From assembly GCF_006345805.1 (NCBI RefSeq), contig NC_043015.1, positions 52,638,001-52,702,000 on the forward strand: 64,000 bases of DNA. Reading direction: 5' to 3'. Both the position numbers and the translations under genes were made by a program. Position 1 is the stretch's first letter; every line of letters starts with the position of its first letter. This DNA is from Octopus sinensis. Taxonomy: Eukaryota. Below the pieces are notes generated by a model. The model had not been told where the DNA came from. It made no database searches and saw nothing but the letters and a program-made list of their open reading frames with translations. Below are positions 55,716-64,000 of the stretch, in pieces.

Positions 55716-56085
55716 TAAGAGCACTCAGCGCAAACCGCCGCCAAGGCAACACCAACGTCCTCTCAATGATTAGCCTGAGATAATTTTTAAGATGAGAATA
55801 TTTGAAATAAACTCGACTGCTCTCACAAACGAGAATACTAAAAATGAACCCAACCGCTCTCAAAAATTAAGTAAAAAAAAAAAACAAAAAAAAAACAGGA
55901 AAAGTAATCCAGAATCTGTCCGGTACCGGATTGATCCCAAAATCTAATCTGTTTGTGCCAGTCATGAGGCCAAACATGTCTGAAAGTTTCATCCGAATCC
56001 ATCCATCGGTTCTTGAGATATCTTATGCACGGACAAACAAACATGACTGAAAACAATACCTCCACCTTTGCTAAGCCAGAGGTAA
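55716..56085. mobile_element. HINE/DINE-1-like (Helentron-associated) non-autonomous element
   Basis: Starts aataagagcactcag, contains aagtttcatccgaatccatcc...gagatatc...acggacaaacaaac, and ends in a hairpin acctc...gaggt followed by (aat)n. Confidence 0.55.
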
Positions 56086-56550
56086 TAATAATAAAAATAA
56101 TAAAGATGGTGTGCCGGTAGAATGGTTAGTGTACTGGGTAAAATGCCTTGTGGCCTTTCTTCCTTCTTTACATTCTGAGTTCAAATTCTGACAATGTCAA
56201 AACACTGCCTTTTATCCTTTCAGGGGTCAATGATATCAGTCAAGTTACGAAGGTTCATATAATCAAATATACGATCTACTCCACACTTAGTTGCTGGCCT
56301 TGTGCCCAAATTCGAAACTATTATTGTTTTTATTATCATTCTCTAGGGGAAGAGTTGAGGGCAGGGAATGATACAGGGGAGAATTACTGTATAAGGAACC
56401 CTTTTTTGTCAAAAATTAGGTTAAAAAAATATGGGAGTTCCTTACACATGGATAGTATTATAATCCCTTACAAAACCTATTTTCCAAATTTTAAGCCCCA
56501 CCAAAATAGGGGGTTCCTTATACATGTTAAAATATGGTACATCAAATCTT

Positions 56551-56841
56551 ACATATTATTTACATTTGACGGATATTTGTCCTCATCTTGTTTGTTGTTA
56601 ACACAACGTTTCGGCTGATATACTCCCCAGCCTTCGTCAGGTGTCTTGGGGAAATTTTGAACCTGGGTTCTCATTCCTATGGTATTTTTTTATGTTGTTA
56701 TTATTATTATTATTATTATTCAGGTCACTTCCTGGAATCGAACTCGGAATCTTGGGGTTAGTAGCCCACACTCTTAACCACTACACCATATGCCCGTGTA
56801 AATAATGTACATAATTCCTCATCTCTTAAATATAGAACTGT
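56551..56841 (-). mobile_element. tRNA-headed retroposon carrying a hammerhead ribozyme, with an inverted end segment and a 10-bp TSD
   Basis: TSD ATCAAATCTT at 56541-56550 and 56842-56851. Minus-strand head GGGCATATGGTGTAGTGG...GAGTTCGATTCC (box A/B), then an (AAT)n linker, then the hammerhead. Confidence 0.75.
56600..56645 (-). ncRNA. Minimal type I hammerhead ribozyme
   Basis: Minus strand: GACAC-CTGACGA-A-GGCTG(gggagtatat)CAGCC-GAAACGTT^GTGTT. Intact core, 5-bp stem II, palindromic ACGU in place of stem III, stem I GACAC/GUGUU. Confidence 0.75.
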
Positions 56842-57654
56842 ATCAAATCTTGCATTTTGCATAAAAAGAGTTTAATGCTGGGCAAGAGTAATGGTGTACT
56901 TGAGAAGACTCGGAGGCAGTGGCAAAGGCTGGCAGAGCAGCCTATTCCGGGAGAATTACCAGAATGAACCGTTTCTAGAAATACCTCACCTGGAAGTATT
57001 AAGAGTTCAGGATAACCTTTACCAACTTTGGTGGCACTGTCAGCTAGTCAAGATGCAAACAGAATGATAATGCCATTTTGTCCACGCCTGTTTCCTGTCA
57101 GAGAACATTGCTGATTTGTGGAGTTAGGACAAACACCTGTTGTTGCATGGTAGACATGTCCATCCTGATGATTACGGAGCTGCCTTCTTTTGGATGGAAA
57201 GAACAGTTTTTGTCCATCTGATGACTACAGCACAAGAAACAGAATGGAATGCAGTTGGATACAATACAAAGTAATGAATATTGATGTTTTCATTTACAGC
57301 AAAGATTTCATCAAGTTCTTCAAACTCTTCTTGGAGAAGGAGAAGAGGAAAATGCGGCCCTCAATGAATTTATTCAAACATAGGTGAAAGTGGTAAATTT
57401 GATCAGAGTTTATAGGCTTAGACTCATGCGCTGGTAGCTCAGTGTGTGTATGTGTGTGTCTGCATGCATGTGTTGGTGTGTGAGTCTTTTCCCCGATATA
57501 TTATTCAGTTACAACAAACAGTGGATGCTGAGGCCATTTTTGCCTGTCAATGGTTGCTCTGCTGGGTTTATACTTTTAAAGACAAATGGAATATTATTAT
57601 CCCTACCTGAGAAACAGTTATGGGTCAGTAACAGGCCATAAAAAAAGAAAAAAT

Positions 57655-58015
57655 TCCTTTGTGCTTGAGGAGACCTATTGAGTCAAGTACATCAACACCA
57701 ACATCAAAATAAAAATCAAATGGAAATTGTAGTTAGGATACCCATGCCGGTGGCACGTAAAAAGCACCATCCGAACGTGGCTGATGCCAGCGCCGCATGA
57801 CTGGCCTCTGTGTCAGCGACACGTAAAAAGCACCAACCGATCATGGCTGTTTGCCAGCCTCCGGTGGCACCACCCACTACACTCATGGAGTGGTTGGTGT
57901 TAGAAAGGGCAACCAGCTGTAGAAATACTGGCGCAGCCTCCTGGCTTCCCAGGCCCTGATTGAACCGTCCAACTCATGCTAGCATGGAAAACGGACGTTT
58001 AACGATGATGATGAT
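57655..58015 (+). mobile_element. Family D repeat, long copy with (GAT)n tail
   Basis: cacgtaaaaagcacc twice ... catgctagcatggaaaacggacgtttaacgatgatgatgat. Confidence 0.8.
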
Positions 58016-60017
58016 AATTTACATTATTTATATTTGATAAGATGTAAATAACGTAAATAATATACATTCCTCTAACCCATACTAGCTAAGAAGAAACAGA
58101 CATAAAAGCCACACTTACACACGGAGACGAAGACGGAGAGATAAATATAATTAAGATAACTAAAGATACCAACATTATCATCACATCTCATCTCTTGATG
58201 TGCTCAGCAAAACTTGAAATATAAACGTTTCTCCACCCTTACTGACAAGGACAAATAACGAAAGACACAAGAGGGGAGAGAGGGAGAGAGAGCATGTGTG
58301 TGCGTGTGTGTGTATGTGTGCATGCATGTGTGTGTGTGTGCCAGTGTGAACAAGTGTGTGGGTGGGTGAGTGAGTGCGTCTGTGTAATATATTCAAAGAA
58401 ATTGCACAAGGATGTAAACTTGATGGCTTCCTCCCTACAAATATGCGATGCTAGCAACCATTGTACTCTGGGGATGGGTGAGATGGGGTCACATCTTTCA
58501 ACGTGTATGTCTACCCCCCCCCCACTATCTCTCTCTGTCTCTTTCTGCAGTATATTTCAACCCCAATACTGGCCTTGATAGGTAGAAAAAACAGAAAATT
58601 TTTAAAAAGAGGCAAATAAGTGCTTAGTGAAAATGAAATTAATGAAATCTGGAACTTCAAATAATAGTCTGAGATCTCTCTTTCTCACACACACACAGGT
58701 CTGGATTAATCCAACTGCATGGGAACTTTGGCAAGTGTTTTCTACAATGGCCGGTGAATGGAATTCAATGAAATCTTGGTAAAGGTTTTTCATGGGCTTG
58801 TGTGTGTATGCATATCTACATATGTATATATGTATGTATGTGTGGGTGGGTGGCATGTGTGCAGGTTTGTGTTTTTGTGGGCTTTTGACTGGGTGTGTCT
58901 GATTTTCTCCATGTGTATGTGTAAATACACACACACACACACATGTATATATAAATATTTGTAATGTGAATGTGGGTGTAAACGATACATCTACATGTGC
59001 ACACATGTACCACGTACCTCATCCCCCACAACCCCCCTCCACATATATGAGTCAGCAGAGAAAGGTAACATGAGTTGCGAATGCGAATATGCGATGCAAT
59101 TTACATTCATATACACACACATGCATACGTACACACACATATATATATATATACATGCATAGATATATAGATATGTACAGTCATAGTGATATACAAAAAC
59201 ACACATGCATACATACATACACACATACATATAATCAAAGGCTTGCTAACCAACAAATGGCTGTTTTTGGTAACATAACTAATTTGATACCTCCTCGTGA
59301 TAATTCATCCGGTTTACGATATTCTCATTAATATTGAGGAGGACAGCCTTGTACTAAGGTCCAGTCAATGGACTGAAGCCATTTTGGTTTACCATCTTGG
59401 GGGTGTTTCATCAATGGCCTGCATTGATAGTCTCTGTTTACTCAATGACCAGGTTAACTTTGGGTGAAAGGAGATGCAACTTTGCCTCTCATCAGTTTCG
59501 GTCATTCTGGGGCAACACCTTGAAGAATTTAAAGTCAAATTAAGTGACCCTAGTACTTACTTGCTTTCTTTAAGCCTCGTACTTATTATATCAGTCTCTC
59601 TTCGGCAAACTGCTAAGTTATGGGGATGTAAACAAACCAGCACCAGGGACAGGTGAAATGTAGCTCCAGTCAACAGGAATTAACTGAAGGGATATCAGCC
59701 ACCCACAGTTTCCTCTTCAAGTAAAACTTGAAATAGTCAACAGGGAGTTCCGTTGAAGAGGGAAGAGTCCATCCTTAATCTTTTCAGTCAGTTCTACCAA
59801 AAAATGGCCATATGGTGAGATATTTGTCACAATGGATTTAGCCGATAGCCAGAGCCATCCATTAAAATATTAAATTTATTTTTTGGGGTGTAACCTAGGA
59901 CCTAAAAGAGAGGTGAATTTTATGTTGTTCTAATATGTAAATGTAGATAAGACAACGAGCAGGCAGGATCAGTAGCACGTTGAGCAGAGGGCTTAGCGGC
60001 ATTTCATTCTTTATTAA

Positions 60018-60232
60018 CCCCTTAGCATTTAAACTGACCAAATCCTGCCCAAATAATTTGTTTTATGTTCAAACTGACCAGATCTGGCCTCCTACAACTA
60101 CCTACAATGTCATTGCAAAAATATATAATCACATTATTGAAATCTTGGAGTAACAAGATAATCCCGAATTAATCCAAAACAATGTGAATAAATAAGCATT
60201 ACATTTGATGGAATAGTGTGAACCCTAGAGGG
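60018..60232. mobile_element. piggyBac-type MITE with TTAA TSD (family 2)
   Basis: TTAA|CCCCTTAG ... CTAGAGGG|TTAA. Related copies lie at about 17981-18800 (interrupted), 18800-18990, 38768-39348 (interrupted), 40925-41117 and 50393-50597. Confidence 0.8.
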
Positions 60233-60899
60233 TTAAGCTTTGAGTTCAAATTTGGCCAAAGTTGTCTTTGTCTTTCATCCTTCCAGGATTGATTAAATAA
60301 GTATCAGTTGAGTAATGGGGTCGATGTAGTCAATTAGCCCCCACTGATTCCCCGAAATTAATGGCTTTTTGCCAAAATGTGAAACAAGTATTTATGTTAC
60401 AGTATAAGGCAATGACCTGGCAGAGCGTCTACCATGTTGAGCAACATGCTTTTCGACATTTTGTCTGTTTCCATGTTTTGAGTTCAAATACTGCCAAGAT
60501 CAACTTTGCTTTTTCATTCTTTCAGGGTCGATAAAATAAGTACAAATTGGGCACGGGGGAGGGGGGGATAGGGAGGGTAGTGATGTAATCAACTAAATTC
60601 CCACATCTGCTCCCTGATATTGATGGGCCTTGTGTCAAAGTTTGAAGCCAACATTTAAATGGAGGTATGAAAATAAAAATGGCATATGTAAAGGAATGGT
60701 CAGAGAAAGAATAGGTGGGGAGGAGGGGGTTCTGTGGGGGTGGCATCAAGACATACATACGGACACACAGTGGATTCATACATCATAGGGCATAAAAATA
60801 CCGGATCTACATACATACGCACTGGATCAACACACTGCTTCAACATGAATACACATTCACACATACACAATGTTAATATACGACTGAGCGTTGACACAT

Positions 60900-61330
60900 G
60901 AACACACACACACACACACACACCACAAAAATACACACATATATACACCACAAACACATATATACACACCACAAACACACATATACACACCACAAACACA
61001 CACATATATACACCACAAACACACATATATACACCACAAATACACACACACATATATACACCACAAACACACATATATACACCACAAATACACACACACA
61101 TATATATATACCACAAACACACATATACACACCAAACACAAACACATATACACCAAACACACATATACACCAAACACACACACATATACACACACCACAA
61201 ACACACACACATATATACACCACAAACACACATCAGACGCATAAACACACATATATACCACATATACACATACACACACACAACCACTGCAACACACACA
61301 TATGAGCACATACACACACACACAACCACA
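60900..61330. repeat. (CACCACAAACACACATATATA)n minisatellite
   Basis: Units of about 21-25 bp. Confidence 0.92.
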
Positions 61331-61749
61331 TTTACACACCTGAACACATTGCTACACAACGGAGGGATAAACACCAACATGTAGTCAAAAACACGTTCCA
61401 GTTAATATGCCACACTGAACACACACACAACAACACACCACAGACATACACACATGTACACACACGCACAACCAACGAACCAACGACCAGCCAGCCAGCC
61501 AGCCAACCAGCGCACAGTACCAAACCAAAACTAGAAAAAACAACAAAAACAGTAAAAGAAAACAAAAAGCAGAAAAACAAAACTAAAAGAGTGAATATTC
61601 TGCCGTCAACAGAAAGGGAGAAGAGCAGAATTGGGCGAGAGTATAAAATGTGAGGCTTCTCCATTGGAATGCAACATCAGTTAAATGCTGAGCTTTGCAA
61701 AGTCTGTCTCTGGTTGCAGTGTATTGTGCACATTTTGTAGTTACAATAA

Positions 61750-62195
<446 letters not shown>

Positions 62196-62763
62196 AGGCC
62201 TCTGTTTTAGATGAGTGCAGTGCTTGAAGAAGAGATACAGAGGAGAGAGATGGGGGAAACACAGCAAAAGATGATAATAATTAAGAAGAGATATAATATA
62301 TAAGATCGTGTGAGTGTCTGTGAAGTATAAATACACACAGATTGAAAAACGGGCAGAAAACAAACTCAGAACCAATATCTTCGACAATTTAGCCAAGATA
62401 GCTTTATATCTTTATATCCACATTCTGCTTTTGCAATGGCCTTTGTCTTTAATGAAAGTGTTGTTGTTTTGTTTCGCTACAACTATAATATTATATCACT
62501 ATTATTACTACTACTACTTCTACATATATATATATATATATATATCTCCATACATGTGTATTATCTGTGTGGAGGGTGGGGGGGGTGCTTGTATGTAGGA
62601 GAATGCATGTGCACACATGTTGTGATAGTGTGAGCATAGAGAGAGAGAGACCAAGAGAGCGAGGCGCCTTATATAAAATACAGCAGCTGATGGAGGTGAT
62701 GGGGGGGGGGGAACTTCCTCATAGCACTTCCATGCATCATGTTTGTGGGTGTCTCTCTATATA

Positions 62764-62813
<50 letters not shown>

Positions 62814-62927
62814 TAAACAGGCACATGTGTAGTAGCAGCAAGGAAGTATGGGAATAACAGATTCTAGTATAAAGTAACAACGAAACCTAAGACTATCAAG
62901 CTGAAACTACTACTACTACTACACACA

Positions 62928-62966
<39 letters not shown>

Positions 62967-63378
62967 TATACCCTACTACCCCGCACACTCTTTCTAACCT
63001 CTTCCATCTCTCTCTTCTCTCACTCATGCATGTGAGAGTGTTTGGGGTGGGGGAAGAGAGAGTGTGTGTATATGTGAGTGTGAGTGTATATGAGTGTGTG
63101 TGTGTGCGTGTATGAGTGTGAGTGTGTGAGAGAGAGAGTGAGTGTGTGTGTGCGTGTATGAGTGTGAGTGTGTGAGAGAGAGAGTGAGTGTGTGTGCGTG
63201 TGTATCTTCTCAGACATGTGTACACATATGTGTGCATGTGTGAGTGCATATGTGTGTATATATATACTTTTGTTGTTCATAAATATACTAAGTTACGCTA
63301 CTTCATATAAATAAATATATATATATATATATATAATATATAATGTATATGTATATATATGTAAAAACACACATTCAC

Positions 63379-63419
<41 letters not shown>

Positions 63420-63925
63420 CAGACAGATAGACAAATAGACAGATAGATAGACATACATCCATACAAGCACATTATTTTACCTCTGTAATCCTGTGCTTTC
63501 ATCGCTTGGTCATGTTTATATCCCTCTCTATCTAAACACACACACACAAACAGCAGTCCACAAATTGGTAGTGCGATTACTGCTAGCATCTATTTCCAGT
63601 AATCTTAACTTGTAAAGCATCAGTTTCACAATTCCTCAAGAATTCTACATTTACCAAGTATATGAACACACAAACGAGGAACTATTATGATGAAATGGAT
63701 TCATAAACATAGAAGAACCATATACATTTAAGATACACACACACACATATTTATATACACCCAAGTGTGTTTGCGACTAATGTATGTGTATACACAATAT
63801 TTATGCTGTGTGTGTATGAGAAGAGAGAAGAGCTGTATGCATGTGTGTATGTATGTGTGTATATATATATATAAGTGCATGTGTGGGTGTGTGTATGTAT
63901 ACATGTATGTATATATATGTGTATG

Positions 63926-63999
63926 TTAGAAAAAATAAGGTACTCAGAAATTTGGATGTACTCAGAAATGCAGATTTCTGAGTACCTTAATTTTCTAAT
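63926..63999. repeat. Short fold-back remnant at the window end
   Basis: ttagaaaaaataaggtactcagaaat ... atttctgagtaccttaattttctaa. Confidence 0.7.
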
Positions 64000-64000
64000 A

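Noticed and set aside
56720-56797. tRNA gene
   Set aside because: No convincing acceptor stem; it is the head of a TSD-bounded retroposon. The same applies to the other SINE heads.
57213-57250. TCCAT-CTGATGA...GAAAC...ATGGA hammerhead-like string
   Set aside because: No proper stem II or III and no NUH cleavage triplet.

Overview
This is eukaryotic, AT-rich DNA dense in microsatellites and SINEs. The repeat landscape suggests an octopus (coleoid cephalopod) genome, which is an inference. The only convincing protein-coding sequence is the first coding exon of muscleblind/MBNL on the minus strand: ATG at 41594, GTAAGT donor after 41406, 63 codons covering CCCH zinc finger 1 and the start of finger 2. 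A strong acceptor at 42615 makes this a roughly 1.2 kb exon of 5'UTR plus CDS, equivalent to the exon that forms circMbl/circMBNL1 in fly and human. I found no next coding exon in the 41 kb downstream, so most of the window is probably intron. That intron holds tRNA-derived SINEs, TTAA MITEs, a Helitron, a HINE-like element, LINE relics, fold-back/Penelope-like remnants and simple repeats. Highlights: (1) inverted SINEs and complementary microsatellite arrays bracket the exon, and a back-splice would give an in-frame V-Q-P-stop tail; (2) a tRNA-headed element carrying a minimal hammerhead ribozyme, plus a second hammerhead, both sense to the mbl pre-mRNA; (3) a twice-repeated, fixed-spacing three-block motif ending in an inverted CCAAT box, inside a CpG-retaining intronic island. 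Nearly all ORFs in the supplied track are microsatellite artefacts. Repeat boundaries are approximate unless termini or target-site duplications (TSDs) are quoted.
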